A stretch of DNA of 54,787 nt. Source: Paraspadella gotoi. Its lineage: Eukaryota > Animalia > Chaetognatha. Under the pieces are notes generated by a model. The model was not told the DNA's origin, made no database searches, and saw only the letters and a program-made list of their open reading frames with translations. Location of the stretch: the NCBI GenBank assembly GCA_051294375.1, contig JBJCIZ010000398.1:1-54787 (forward strand), written 5' to 3'. Below are positions 36,481 through 51,304 of this stretch, piece by piece (the first letter of the stretch is position 1; every line of letters starts with the position of its first letter). Position numbers and translations under genes: made by a program.

Positions 36481-39400
36481 AGAGAGGAGAAAGAGAGAAG
36501 AGAGAGAGAGAAAGTTTGTTGTATTTTCAATTTAGCGAGCAGAGTAAAAAAAAATATAAAAAATAGGAGAAGAAAACAGAAAATTTCTGTCGTGTGGTCG
36601 TAGTTATGTGTCTGTGAGAAGAAAAAAAAAATTGGGTTTCGTCTTTTGTTTAATAAAAAAATATATAGGTTCAAAGAGAGTTATTTTAATGGGACGATAT
36701 TTAATTTTTTTTATGTACAATTGGTACAACAATATAAAATTATTATTCATTTAATAATAAGAGTATCTTGTGACTTTGGACAGCAACTTTGTGGTTATAC
36801 GTATATTTAAAGATATGACCATAGAGTTGAAGCGTATTCACCATCACGCCACTCTTCCTCTCCACTTTCATTCCTCACTGCTGTGGTTCTTGCTGCATGT
36901 GGGTATATATGGTTACGACAGCTATATTGGTGTTACAATAGATTTTAATGTTGTTTATTAGGTTTTAGAGTACGTGCATAGTCTATAAACTGAAGTCAAA
37001 TGAATTTCAAAGAATGTTTTAATTGTAATGAAATAAGATAAATTATATTTATAGACTGTGTATTTTAATTTCTTAATTCTTTACAATTCCATAATTAGCG
37101 TTTTTAAACTTTTATGTTTTTGGTGATATTAAAGTTTCTTGTTTTCTTTGTTTTTTCTTTTTCTCTTACTTTTTTTCTTTTTTTTTTTTTTCTTTTCTTA
37201 TCAGAACATGATGTTAGGATTTTTTGTGGTGATTGATGGTCATCCGATAGATTACATTGATCAACCATTACATCGAATTAGATCACAAAAGTATGACGAG
37301 TTACTGAAGTGAATTTGATCACCGTTTTTGTGACGGGTCGGCGATTGGGGATAGGGGATCCGTTGGAGAACGACCGATTTTTAATTTGTCTTTGTTCTGA
37401 AAGTACGTTTGTCTTGACAGTCGGGTGTCATTCGCCAGGCACATTGCTAAGAGTTTACGAACCCAGAGAGTGAGAGGCGAATTGGACTAGAATTTATGGT
37501 TTTGTTAATAGTCATCATTATGGTATAATCATAAATAAATCATAACTGATTAAATAGAAAGTTTTGTTGAAGACAAGAATGTATAGATGTAATGATTTTT
37601 TTTTATCTTGTTTGAAAGTGGCGGGAAACGTGACTTTGAGTTGGCTACTTATTTTTTTTGTAAATCTGCCATTTGCTTTTATATAATTGACTTTAATCGC
37701 CTTTTTGGATCTTGCTTTGTTTGTTATTTATTTTTTTTTGATTAATGGAGATTCTTGATTTTTGATCCGAAAAAAGAAAGATATTTTTTTTTTGCTTTAT
37801 TTTTTTTTTTATTTTTTATTCATTTGAGTTTCATTTTTTTCTTTTTCATGTCATTCTCTTTTGATGGTTTTGCGAAAGTTCAATGCAGGATATTTTCGAG
37901 TGAACCGATGCAGTGGAATTTTTTGTCGAGTTGAGGAGAGAGGAGAGAGAGAGAGAGAGAGAGAGAAGAGGAGAGTAGAGAGAGAGAGGAGAAGAGAGAG
38001 AGAGAGAGCGGAAAAAGTGGTCCGGTGGCAGTTGGGGGAAGAGGCATGGGATTGCGTATGTAGCTCGAGAAAGAAGGGAGCCCTATATGTAAGTTTGGAG
38101 GACAGATATCATAAGCCGTGGAATATAGAGGGGGTGTTTGTGTATTGGTACCTGCCGTATCTTTTTAGTCAGGCGGAGTGATTACGGCGAACAAGTCATC
38201 TGTTCGGTCGGTCGTCTTTGCTCGTCTGTTGTAAATGTGTCGTTTGTCATTAATCGGTAGTTGGACTTGCCATTTGTTAAAAGAAACAAATCTAGTGACA
38301 CTAAAGGGAATCGTGTAAAACTAGATATTTTAATTCAGAGCCTAAGAAAGTATGTGCGCGCGCAACCAATTTGGATGAAGCGTTTGTTTGAATACTAATA
38401 CAGGATTAATATTGAATAGTGTGGAAAAATATATAATTTGGTGAGCGTGTGTAATCAAGTGGTAGGTATCGAGAAGTTGATTGAAAAGTGATTTGATGAA
38501 ACAAGAAGCAAAAGGAGAAATTATAGGAAAAAACTGATGACTATATTAATATTACGTCCATCGAGTTCATTATTACGTGAATCCTTTTGCGTTGTGAAGT
38601 GTTTTTCTCGTCATTATTTCGTCGAGTTTAAAATCTTCGTGATTTCGATTCTGTCATAACTTAACTTAACTCGGGTAAAGCGGGTGTCTATGTGAGCGAT
38701 AATTTCGTAGAGCGTCGTCGGTTGCTTGTCGATAATTTTCTTATCTGCCACGGTGTTCACATCAATTTTTGTAATCTTTTTAATTCGTACGAAATAATTA
38801 TTTATTCGTCAAATAATTTTAAATTATAATAATTTCCATCTATATTCATAATTTTTATATATAATTAATTCTGATTATATATCATTTATAGTAATACTAA
38901 TAACTTTACATGAATTATGATCATCGTTTATAGCTTGTAGGAAGTAACCGATTATCCGGTGAATTTCTTTTAAACGTCGGAGTTTGAATTTAAGAGGAAA
39001 TTAAAGAGTGAAAAAATCTTAACAAGGTTCTATTTTCTTTTGTTTTAATTATTAGAGATTTAAGGTCTGAGGTCCACTTATATATTTATTTACCTATACT
39101 TTTTACCTACTAGTTGTGATAGATCTGCGGATGAAGTTATTTTGTCAACTATTGTCGATCTCAGGAAGCACCCGGCTTATAGGACACATTTTGGATAGCT
39201 GCGGCGTGGGGCGGGCGTTTGTGTTGTGTTAAGAAAACGAAATGTTAAAATTCGTTGGCGCGAATTAAAAATTTTGAAAAAGAAAAATTGGAAATTTATG
39301 GGATGGTGTGTTGGGGCGACGCTTCGTTCATCATGTAAATGCGTTTTTTGTTTTTCAGTCTTCTTTGTTTCTTTTAGTTTGTGTCACTCGCAGTCGAATT

Positions 39401-41081
39401 ACTGTGGACGAGATTCACAACTCAGACTAGATCGAGGCAATATCTTTTCGATTCGTTTAGTTTTTTTGTTTTAGACATAATAAGCGAAAGGAGAAGTGGG
39501 GTAGTGGGAAAGAGTGGGGGGAAGGCAGTGGGACGAGTGAAGGTGATAAAGGTAAGATGGATCAGACAGCTAGAGGGAGATAGAGAGAAAGAAACAGTTA
39601 AGACAGGGAGGAGGAGAGAGAGATACGAGAGAGCAGAGCGACGCAATAAGAGACCGAACAGAGAAATATTTGTATCAAACAAACAAAATAACCAGAAATA
39701 ATTTTTTGTATTTTTGATCGTTTACTCAGATTTTGTTCCATTTAGACAACATTTTCATTCATGACTAGATTAAATAACTTGCTGAATGTGACATCATACG
39801 GTAGCTCATGTGAAACATTGAGTATTTATATGTTCCGAATCATTTTTATTGATTACGAAAAGAATGGGGGTTGTGCGTTAGTCTTCTTTAAAGTGCCTTC
39901 CCCTAGTGTTTCTCGACATGAGGTAGGGTTGCGAAGTTGTTGTTGTTCTGCTTGCTCTCTGACGACTTTTTCTTGTGCTCTCGTGTTTTATGTTTATGTC
40001 GTCTTTAATTGTGGGGTAATTAATTTGTGGTTTTATGAGCGGAAGGCGTAGCGCGCAGGAAGAGTATCAGAGAGAGAGAAGAGAGGAGGAGAGAGAGGAA
40101 GAGAGAGAGATGAGTACTGAGAGATGAAAATAGGCTAAGAGGAAGAGAGAGTCAGAGAGAGAGCAGAGACAGATGAGAGCACTGAGGAGGAGTGAACGTG
40201 GAGTCACTTTGATGTTTGAAGGGCGTTGGGGGGGATGTGAGTAGAGACAGCGTATTTCTGGTTGTTTTAAGGAACGTATTTTTTTTTAGGTGCATTACGT
40301 GATTCTGCCGTAATGCGCTTGTGTAGTCGTTGTGTGTGATGTGTGTAGTGTCGTTGTAAGAGGGACAACACAGGGCGTACAGATCTCTGAAGACTCTGTG
40401 GCAGGGGTTCACGTGATGTTGGGCGCGTAGACAGGAAACCTTAGGTTCTGGTTCGCTGTTATGTCTTTTTCTCTTATATTTTTGCGGCAGAGTTCTCACC
40501 TGTCCCAGTCCCAACGCATAGGTTCAGCCCTGCGTTATCTGGAGGGTTATGTTGACCTCACCTTTCAAACAGAATTTTGACGGGGGACGAGCGTACCTTC
40601 AAATAAAATTTTCGGGGTGGGAAGTTGAATTTAAGCATTAGTCGAATGAAATAATTATATCTTTCTTGAATTTGTTTTTTTTTATTTATTTTTCTGTTTT
40701 CTGCGTTTTTTATTCTTTAGTTTGTTACGTTTTTACTTCATGAGAAGAAGAGAAAAAGAAGAAAGAAAAAAAGAAAAATTTAGAAAGCATTGGTTAAGAA
40801 ATGAGAAGAAAGGTCAAGGCTTTAAGAAGAGGGGTTAAGCGAGCCTGCCAACTCGAAGGTAAGTAAAGGGGATCGGCGTCTGTTTGTGGGGATCGATCGA
40901 AGGGGTGAGTGAAGGGAGGGTGAGTGCGTGGGGGGTAGAGGGGGGTAAGTAAGGCGACGGTACATTTGAAATCTGGAGCTTTGTTAATCGAAGGAAAAGC
41001 GATTGAGAGTTGAATGAGATAGAGATAAAAGAAGAGAGAGAGAGAAGAGAGAGAGAGGAGAGAGAGACCCGCGAGAAGACG

Positions 41082-41117
<36 letters not shown>

Positions 41118-44100
41118 TTTGTTTAACTTTTTTTTTTTGGGTTTTTGACAATTTTATTTTTCGTACTTTTTTTTTATTAGTTTTAGTTTGTTTTTGGTTT
41201 TTTTTTTTTTGGTAATTTTTTGTTGTTTGCTTTTTTTTTGAGGAGGGGGTTTGTTTTTTGTTTTTGTTTTATGGTCTTGCGATTATGTCGTTTATTGATT
41301 GATATTATATTTTTTTTATTATGTATAAAATCAAATATAATATCAATAATATATATATAATATATATAATAATAATAATATATAATGCATGAATATATAA
41401 TTAATAATAATAATAATGAATCATAAAGATTAGATTATTAAAATTAAAAAAATTTTGATAGATTTATATAGTATTTATGTAGTTTTTGACAGAATGATAG
41501 AATCGAATGGTGAGACATGTATATGTTTATTATCTATAAGTATTTTATTTTATTGTGTTTCTCATAGAAGAAATGGTTATTAATGAATAGTTTAGTTTTT
41601 GAGAGACGAATCGAAGCACAAGACCAATTTTTTGTTGGAGAAGGAGATGTGTTGTGAGGGGATAAAAAAGAGAAGATTAAAAGAGGAGTGGGACGGTGTT
41701 TAAAATGAAATCTTGGTTATTGCCGTGAAGAATAATATTGGTTATTATCTTTTATTTTTTTTTTTTTCTTATATTGATTTTATTATGTACCACCACTCGA
41801 TGTTATTTTTTGTGTTTCTTTTTGTTATTACGTGAGGAAGAGAAAGAAGTGAGGAAGATGTGTTCTTTTTCTTTTTTCTTTCGTTTTTCGTTTTTGTTAC
41901 TCATACACTACTCTCTCTAAATTTCTTTGATTATTTTTTGATTTTTTTAGTTTTTTTTCAACTCCTCTGCGTCACTTTAATCACTTTTATTTTTTTGCTT
42001 CTATTATTTTATAGCTTTCTACTTATTTGAAAGTGTTGAGTTTTTGGTTCAGATGAGGGTTTGTGTGGTAGATTGGTCTGGAAAGAAGGAGGGTGGGAGA
42101 AGAGAGAGAGAGAAGAGAGATGAGAGAGAGAGGAGAGGAGAGAGAGAGAGAAGAGAGAAAGATGAGAGAGAAGAGAAGATAAGATGAAGGAGTTTTTTGG
42201 GGTGGAATTTTTTATGGTGTGTGGTTTTGGGAGAGAGCGTACGGAGTTTTAAAAAATTGTTGTGGGTAAAAAAACAAGAGGGAAGATTAAAAGTCGCGAC
42301 TTGTAAGAAAGAAAAAGTGGGATATAAAATGTTTTTTTAAATAAAATTTTTAACTGATTTAGAGTACCATAATATTTTTAAAAATAAAATTTAATTCTTT
42401 TTAGAGAGGAGGGAATTTTCTTGCATATATTATTTATTATACAAAATCGTTTTTAGGAAAAAAGAGAATAAAGTAGACGTGAATTAAAGTTGTCAGGAGA
42501 GTTGTTGAAAGTGAGAGAAAGAAATTGAGAAAGTAGAATTTGAAATCAATGAAATTAATAAAAAATACTTTTACGATATTTAATAAAAAAAATTTCATTA
42601 TTTAACAGAAAGAAAATAGAAAAAAAGTTAAAAATACATTTTTTGAATTTTTATTTAAGTGTAGGTTTTTGTATAAAATTTGTTAATATATAAATTATAT
42701 TATTAATAAATAGTATTTGTGACTTTGAAATTTAAAGATAATGACATAGCAAGTGAGCTTTATAAGAATTTAATTCGTTATTATTTAAGAATATGGCTTT
42801 ATAATTGAAGTTTAAAAGATGTGTAATTGTACGAAAGACAATTATTTTTAGATTTTTGAGAAAGATAAAGAACGAAGGTAGGGTAAGGTAGATTTAGAAT
42901 CAGAGGGTGAGTGGTTATTAAAGACGAAATTTTCGTGTTTTTTTGTAGACAAAAGATCGATAAGGCGCGTGTCATCGTTCCAGTGTAGAAAGAAAGGAAA
43001 GGGATGTTCATTGTTCATGTTATTGTATTTGAGAGATAAAAAAAACACTAAAATGTGTGGAGATAGTTTGCCGGGGCTGGATTAATGGATTAAATCCTTA
43101 TTTTCAGATAATTAATTAATATTAATTTTAGTTTTAAATATTTAATGGAGTGTGGCCGCCGGCCCTCTTTTTTGCACCGACACCTTTATCCACTGTGTCC
43201 TCCCTGCTTCCCTTCGGCACGCCTCGATTGACCTTTCTTTTTGCTCCCTCTCAGCCCCCTTCTGGTTGCTCTACTCATGCTGCTCCACCTATCACACACA
43301 CCCTCCTTTGGCTCACTACAAGTTTCCACTTTGGCCCACATGTATACTGTGGGCTCGAGGTAAATATAACGGCAGACCAATGGGCTACATGTCTCTCTGG
43401 TTTGGCTGGTGTTTAGATTGTTGTATGTGCGGACAGTGCGGGGTTACTGTATTTAGTAAGGATGATCGTCGCGCGACGTTTCTCACTGCGCTTCGCAATG
43501 GAAATAAAGAAAATAAGATAGCAACACTCTAATCGGATAATAAAGAGCAGCCCGTAAGGATTTTTTTAAAATCAGCGCGCGTATTCCACTTAACGTAGGA
43601 GATTGGTTTCGCTAAGGAATAGTTGCGACTCTTTTACTGTATACTAGTGTGGCATGATCCAAAGTTAGCGAAGGGTACACATCCCCAGCGCGCGGTTGAT
43701 AATGTTTCTCTATGCATCTGGCCGCGTCAGTGTTCTTTCGTTTAGCTACATACATCCGCGTAATCTGCCGCGTGTAGCTTATCGGTGAGTTATCATTGGC
43801 GGTTCTGTAGTGCGTTGAATGCATGGACTCATGACTGCTTGTATGTGTACAGTCGTGCGTTTCAAGCGCTGAGTACGTCTACGCTGAATAGTAAGTAACT
43901 ATTTTCCTCGCGCAGTAAATATACAATGCCAGTTTTTCCTTGACACTCGACCGCATATTTAACAAAACTATATCGCAATTCCGCGATAAGATTTGCACTT
44001 CTCGAGTTAGGAACAGAACGCCGGCGCGATTACATTGCGTTGCGGGTTGTTTTTTAATGTCACAACTCCATATCTCGTTTTCCACGACCTACGCAATAAT

Positions 44101-47100
44101 ACCTTCTGAGTGCTTGAGAGTAGAGAGAGAGAATGGCGATAGTCACGCCTCAACATTTACGTGCCAACACTCCACAGCTCTGTTGTATAGTCCTTCCTGT
44201 CTGTTGACCTACAGCCATGTTTCGCCTCCTTCTCCTGCACGCTGTGGCCGCCAGTCTTTACCACCTGTTACATCCATTTTCTTTGTTTCCACCCGCCCTT
44301 CCTCCTTGCCATGCTCCGCCCTGCCAGTTCCCTCTTCTCATTATTCTTTACTCTTTCCCACACGACCCGCTCTTTTTTGTCCTCGTCAGCAGGGTGTGCT
44401 CCACGGCTTCGCGGTGCGCCCTTGGCCCGCTGGCGGCTCAGGCTTCTGCGCTGTGGGCGCCACATGGCGCCCGACGCATGCCGGCCAACGGCGCGCCACG
44501 TCCCACCCGGCGGCGGGCGCGTCGTCACGCGGACAACCTGGTTTGCGCCTCGCCGTCTCTTTTCTCTACCTGGCGACTGACGGTCTGCGCCTCACAGCGC
44601 TGGTTTTTCGCTCACTCCTTGCGACGACTGGTGTTTTGCTCCTTACCACCACCCCCCTACTTTTTCTCTTCACCCCGATGATGTTTCCATCCCCCTGGGC
44701 ACCCTGTTTCGCCTCACATGTTAGTCTTCTCCAGCGCCCTTGTCTTTGTCCCCCCCCATCTTTGCGCCACACCTTGCGTTGTGGAGAGGGCTTGTGCGCG
44801 AGCGAACACCGCAGCGCGCCCTCACAGCTTCCCCCGCACTTGCGCACAGGCCCTTCGGTGCAGGCACCCCTGACACGTCCGGCCCAGCTGAGCAGTGCGA
44901 CGCAGCAGTGCCCAGTTACCGCACCCCTTTTACGTCCCGGAACCTCTTTTCCAGGTCACCCCCTTCCCTTTTGCACCATGTACCCAACTCCCATTGCCCC
45001 TTTTCCGCGCTTCCACCCTGTTGCAATTCATCATATGCGTCCAGGTCCTCCTTTACGTCCCACTTTAGCCTGGCCACTGCAGTTTCAACATAACACCCCG
45101 CTGTTTTTCACCTTACCTTTTGCTTCTGCTTTTTTCTTTTCATCTTCCCCGTACACATGCCACGCTGTCTTACATACAATCACACTACTTACATCCGTTC
45201 CTTCCTCCTATTCGTCCCTTCCTCCCTTCCCAGTCCCACTTAACGCTCCCTCCTCCATCTACTCTCCATTCCTCACTCCCTCCAGTTCCCATCCCTTACC
45301 TCGTTTTTGGCGTCACATTGGTTTCGTCTCTCACTCCTCGTGGGTTGCTTTGTCGTGTCCAGTGACCGCAACCCCGACCCTATACCCTCCACCACTGTTT
45401 GCCGCCACCCACTGTCGGATCACCATTACTTCACCTCACATTCAACTTACACTTCGCCAGCTAACTGCTCGTTTTTCGTTGACTCCTGCTTTCCAGCGAT
45501 GCCCGACATTTTTCCTACGCCGGCCCCGGTTGCCACCAGTCTACCGTTCTCTCCCCTCACTGCCATGGTTCAACGTGCTTGTTCGCGCCTCTCCACACAC
45601 CTGCCCACTCACTTTTTACCCTTTCGCTTCGTTGCCTACGCGCCCGGCTCCACTTTACACCGCTTATTTTTTTTTGCACTTTTCCATTTTTTTTCCTACG
45701 CTTTGCTCCGCAGCTTTTACCACCGTATCAGCTCCACGGTTCTTCCATCTCCCTTTCTTCCTTCCCCACCTGGCGGTATTTTTCCGGTTTTTCGTCGGCT
45801 CCTCTGCCTCTCGTCGCATTCCGCCTCTCCTCCTTCCTTTGTCGGTCCGTATGTCTCCCCCATCTTGTCGGTCCTTCACCTTCGCTCCTCTCCGACCCCT
45901 CCACTTATGCATCCCTTCTGCACCCTGACTGTCTGTTCGTCGTCCATCTGTCCGTCTGTCCGTACCTCTCCTCCCCTTCGGCAACCCACTCGTGAATTGG
46001 ACTGGTTTGCTTGCATGCAGTTTTGTTTTGTACCAGGTTTCCTGCACGTGTGTGATTGCGCTCTCTCTAACCTTTTGTTTGCTCGTGCGCGGGGCCACTG
46101 CGTTTACTGGCCCCCACCGTCCTCTTTACCTTGCCGTATTTTTCATTTCATACTTTACCTTCATCATCTCTACATTATTACACCATTGGACTACCCCACA
46201 TTGCATTCACACTTTTTGTGTGTGGGTCACTGGACACGTCTGCAATTCAGCTACGACATAAATTTTTGCATTGCCTGCGTCGGCATCCCCTCATTTCTTC
46301 GACATTCTTTTTCCTGTCACTGACCAGCTTTGTCGTCTGACACCCCGATTCCTGCACATCCGTTGCTTCCTGCACGCACGGTTGGCCATACCTGGCATCG
46401 CTCTTTCTTCCACTGCTTAGCCCCCTTCTCTTATTCTTCACCACTTTTCCTGTTCGCCATTTTGTTTATACACTCGACACCCGCTCCCACCCGCTCGTCC
46501 ACTAGTCCGTTGCTTACCACCCATTTTCCTTCTATCTGTTTCCTTGGCCCCATCTTCCCAGGAGCTACACCTTCTTGGCACCACGCTCATTACATCACTT
46601 TAACTACTCGTTACTGACATCCTTTTTATTTATTGTTTTAACTTCCTGCATTCATTACATCCGCTTTCATTGCACTTGTGTTTGACTATCGACTCTTTAC
46701 ACTATCTGGTACCGCCATTCACAGGAGAAACAGAACTCAAGGTGGAATCGAAAAATTGGAAAAAAACCGGATCAAAGACTCGGGGAATCACCAAAATGGA
46801 ATCAAGCCCTCGATTGGTTCGAGAATCCAAATGGCCTCGGCTAATAAGCGAATAGGCTGTAAATTATTAGCTCACGTCTCTGATTCCACTTGTACTGTTA
46901 TAATAGCTGTAGATTTGTATCGAGGGCATTCTGTCCAAAATGACTCCGTCTTCTTGATATGTTATTCTACAATAATGTCCACCTTGATTTCATATCGAAT
47001 CCCTGTCTGCTTACTTAAAATGTTACTTAGCCTATGGAATTATCTACATGCTTTGATTATTTTTATTTAAGGTTTATTTTATTAACTAACGCAAGGGCAA

Positions 47101-50100
47101 TTGTTATCTTCATTTTAAGTCTCAGAATTTATAAACATTAATTGACCGTCACTGCGCCAACGTCAGCGCCACCTTTCAGCTCATTCCTGCAGATGATAAG
47201 ATGGCATTGGCGGGAAACGCACATTGTAACTTCAATTCACGCCATCTACATATTTTGTGGACCGTTGCGGTCCGGTCATTTTTCCCTGGTCATTTAGTTG
47301 CGCTTCTCAGACGCTATAAAAGAGAGGTCGTACGCGTGCGATAACTTTGGCGTCGTGAAGTTAACACTGATCTTTTGTTAGAAACATTGCATGTGTAGAA
47401 AAGATCAGTACTGTTATTGGACGCAGGGATCGCCCACTGCTAAAGAAGAACATCGATTTTTTCTACACTCCCGGCCGGATGACGATCACTAAGTATGAGA
47501 TTAGAATAAATGTGAGGAATTAAATTTAATTTGAAATGATATTAATTGTTTAAAGGTTTTATAACACATCATTGGCAAATTAATCATCATTACGGTTATC
47601 AACTGGGTGTTTTGGAGATAGATATTTTTTTCAGTACTAAATAAGACCCAGTCTTTTACCATTCTAGGTCGCTTTCTTTTAGGCCTCTTTTAGAGGCCGA
47701 TGTCAATATCGATGCATAATCATTTATTCTGGAAAAGAATTGCTGTATGGAACCGTAAGTTTTTAATGGAAATCCAAGGATTTTTTTACTTGAATTAATA
47801 GAACTGAAAAGAAGTGATAATTGTTATGTGTTAGTGTCAGAACCGTTAAATTATAAAGCAGTCTCCTGAGCTTCGGATCAGGCTGAAACACCGTGTTACA
47901 GGCGGGTTGTCTCCGCAACTGTTTTTTCAATCTTTTTGATCAAGAAGGAATCCAACTCATCATTATTGTTTAATATTATATCTTGAGCATAATATTTTTC
48001 ATCAAGATTTAGGGCAAAAAATGGTCCATTTGGCAAGCAGTGAAGAAAGATTGATCCTCATTAAGTAACAGGGCTTGAGTGTGTTGTTGCAATAATGTGC
48101 ATGATGCAGTTGTCTTTCATTTTCAACAAAATCTTGAATTTTTCTTTTTTTTTAGGACTTGTTTGATTATTTGGTTGCTGATAATACATCCGAGGTATAT
48201 GATAACTTTTGCTCATAGAAAGGTACCCAGAGCAATTATAACTTTATTGATACTTGGACAAATATAAAAAGAAAATTTCGCGGAAGGCATCAACAGCGTT
48301 ATTATTTTTTAATGCCGCTATTTTTTGACATATGAATTCAATTCTCCCTGAGATCATCCTAATGGAGATGAATGCAATACTATTTGACATGAGACTGAGA
48401 AAAGGCAGGGATTTTTAATAGTAAAAACTGGTTTACTTAGAAAGTAAATAAAAAAGAAACTGTAAATTAGTATAAATGAAAAGGTGTAGATATGAAAAAG
48501 ATAAAAAAGAAGGAAGCATTTTTTTGGACAAACCTCATTTTTCTTTGCATGGAACTCTTGTATTTTTTGTCGTACATAAATGAGAACATCTCATATGAAT
48601 ACGAAAAAGAGCAAAGTTTTTTCGATATTATAAGTTTTAATTTTTGATTCCTTACATTAAAATGCGAAAATAGCTGGAAAGTAACCGCGACAAATTTTTT
48701 TACATCATGGTAAGCTGCGATATAAGCGTTCTCCGCAAACAAGATCAATATGATTGACTAGTTGCAGAGATACTGCTTTAAACTGCTGGCAACTAGAATA
48801 CGATAAAAAACCATTTATTTAGTATTAGGAAAAAATATAGATGCATATCTTTGTCGTGGCCAAGTGATAATCATTAAATTATTAACGATATCAGTTCTTT
48901 TATAAAAGTTTAAAAATGACCATTTTTTCGTCATTTTCCAAGATTCTAGGTGCTAATTAATTAAAAACGGGCTTTAAACTTTATAGAAAAAATAAAATTA
49001 ATATCGTGTAATCAGCTAATCAGGGGCTACATAATGCAGATAAAATATAATTTTATTTTATTATTTATAATAAAGTACATTTGTTTTAGATCAACATTTA
49101 AAAAAATTAATTTGTTTTTTACCAATCAAAGTTATATTAAAACGTTAAACATGGGAAAATTTTTTTTAAATGTTTCATGAAGTTTACTATCTGTTGTATA
49201 ATGTATTTTTAATATAATATCAATAGAATAACAATTAGAAGATAATTGTATAATTCAACTGCTTTATGCAAATTAAACTTTATTACAAGGATTTTTTGAT
49301 AATTTTATCCAGCATATAGAGGCAACCATAAGGGGCGCTTATATGTATAAAATAAATGTCAATCTATGCTGTAATTTAAGCATGAGACACATTTAAAAAT
49401 TTCGTATCAAAAAAGATGCCTTCTGCCAAAATTCTTTTTAGGAAGTAACTCCAAAAGCTTATGGGGCAACCAACCTAACTGTGCTCCATCTTTACGGGCA
49501 TTTTAAGCTAAAATTTTAAGTCATGACGCAAGAGTTATCAAGACACCCTTCCACTTGTGTATGGCTATTTCAAGACGCCGCCCGTACAAATTTCATTAAA
49601 GTTTTTGAACGATTAAGGCCTATTCATTAAAAATATTCTTAAAATTTTTGTCTTCTAGTTCAGAGTTAAAATGACAAAAGAAATTAACTTTGTAATTATT
49701 TCGATTACTGTACGTTAAAATGAGCATGCGTCTATAAACCTTATTTCGTTGTAGTTATGGCTAAAGCGCACTCAGGCGCTAAGAATACGTTTCCCTAGTC
49801 AATTGTAAACAGTAACAAACACAAATCAAACGTTCCAAAAGAATCCAATCTTTACAAAATGACCATCAACGATTTTTTAAATAGACTGTAGAGACGAAAA
49901 TAGTAATAATTTTTTTTTCCGAATTTTTTTCTATTTACGATATTTTCTGAAAGAAAACGAAAAAAAAAAATTGTTTAACGATGCAAGCAAAATAAGTTTA
50001 TTTCATTGGTCATCATCTTTGCCTTCTTCAGCTGAGCGCAAAGACGATCCAAAGTAAGTTACAGTCCGACTGCTTGTGTTTGTTGATTTTGTCGAATATT

Positions 50101-51038
50101 TTTTTGTAATTCAATTTTTTGATTTGTTTTTTTTTAGTGGAGAAAGTTTGTGCGCTTAAAGAAACTAAATGGGAGGATCGCCAAAGTCCCAAAGGCGGAT
50201 TTTTAATTGACTGGGCGCCAGGCAAGCAAACACGGATAGCGGTTGGAAGAAAAGATGTTTGAAAATTATTATTTATCTCAATTCTGAAGACATAACCAGT
50301 TTAAAAATATTTTTTGGAAATATCCTTTTTAATAGTATAATAATGCTTCTAGACAAAGGTGTACATGTGTATTTTGGTTTCAAATAATTTGAAGTAAGCA
50401 GGTAAGGTTCGGGTAAGTTACTTTTTTTGGTTTCATTTTTACTAAAATTACTTTTATCAAAAATTAATTAATGAATGTTAACAGATAATTAAGTTAATCA
50501 TGTAAGATTTCTGAATGCATAATAAAAGGGTCAAAACGGTAAGAAATACTATGTCATTATCTTGTAAAGAGTAATGGAAGGCCTTAAACCACCAAAGCCT
50601 GTCCAAAGTCAGGGGCAAGATAGCTTATTTATTAAATGAATGGATAATTTTTATATTTGGTTGTACCAATTTCATAAAGTATTTGACGATTAAGGCCTAT
50701 TCGTTAAAATATTCTTAAAATTTTGTCTTACTAGTTCAGAGTTAAAATGACAAAAGAAATTAACTTTGTAAATTATTTCAATTACTGTACAGTTTAAATT
50801 AGAGCCATGCTCTAATAAACTCATTCGTTGTCGTTATGTTAAAGCGACACTCACGCGCTATGATTTCCCTAGCAATGGTAAACAGTAACAAACACAAAAT
50901 CAAACGTTCAAAAGAATCAATCTTTACCCAACCACATTTTTTTAAAAACGTAGAAGACGAAAATAGTAATAATTTTTTTTCCGAATTTTTTTCATTTTAC
51001 AATTTTCTGAGAAAACAAAGAAAAAAAATTGTTTAACG

Positions 51039-51304
51039 ATGCAAGCAAAAAGTTTATTTCATTGGTCATCATCTTTGCCCTTCTGTTCCAAGCGAGCGTC
51101 AAGACGATCAAAGTAAGTCGCCGACGGCTTTGTGTTTTGTGATTTTGTCGATATTTTTTGTATTCAATTTTGATTTGTTTTTTTTTAGTGGAGAAAAGTT
51201 GTGCGCTTAAAGAAAATTAAAGGAGGACGCAAAGTCAAAGGCGGATTTTTAATTGACTGGGCCCGGCAGCAAACACGGACGGCGTTTGGAAGAAAAATGT
51301 TTGA
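51039..51304 (+). CDS. Redundant copy of the forward peptide gene (a noisier one lies at 49981-50262)
   Basis: Aligns to 15167-15431 with the same splice signals. Confidence 0.55.
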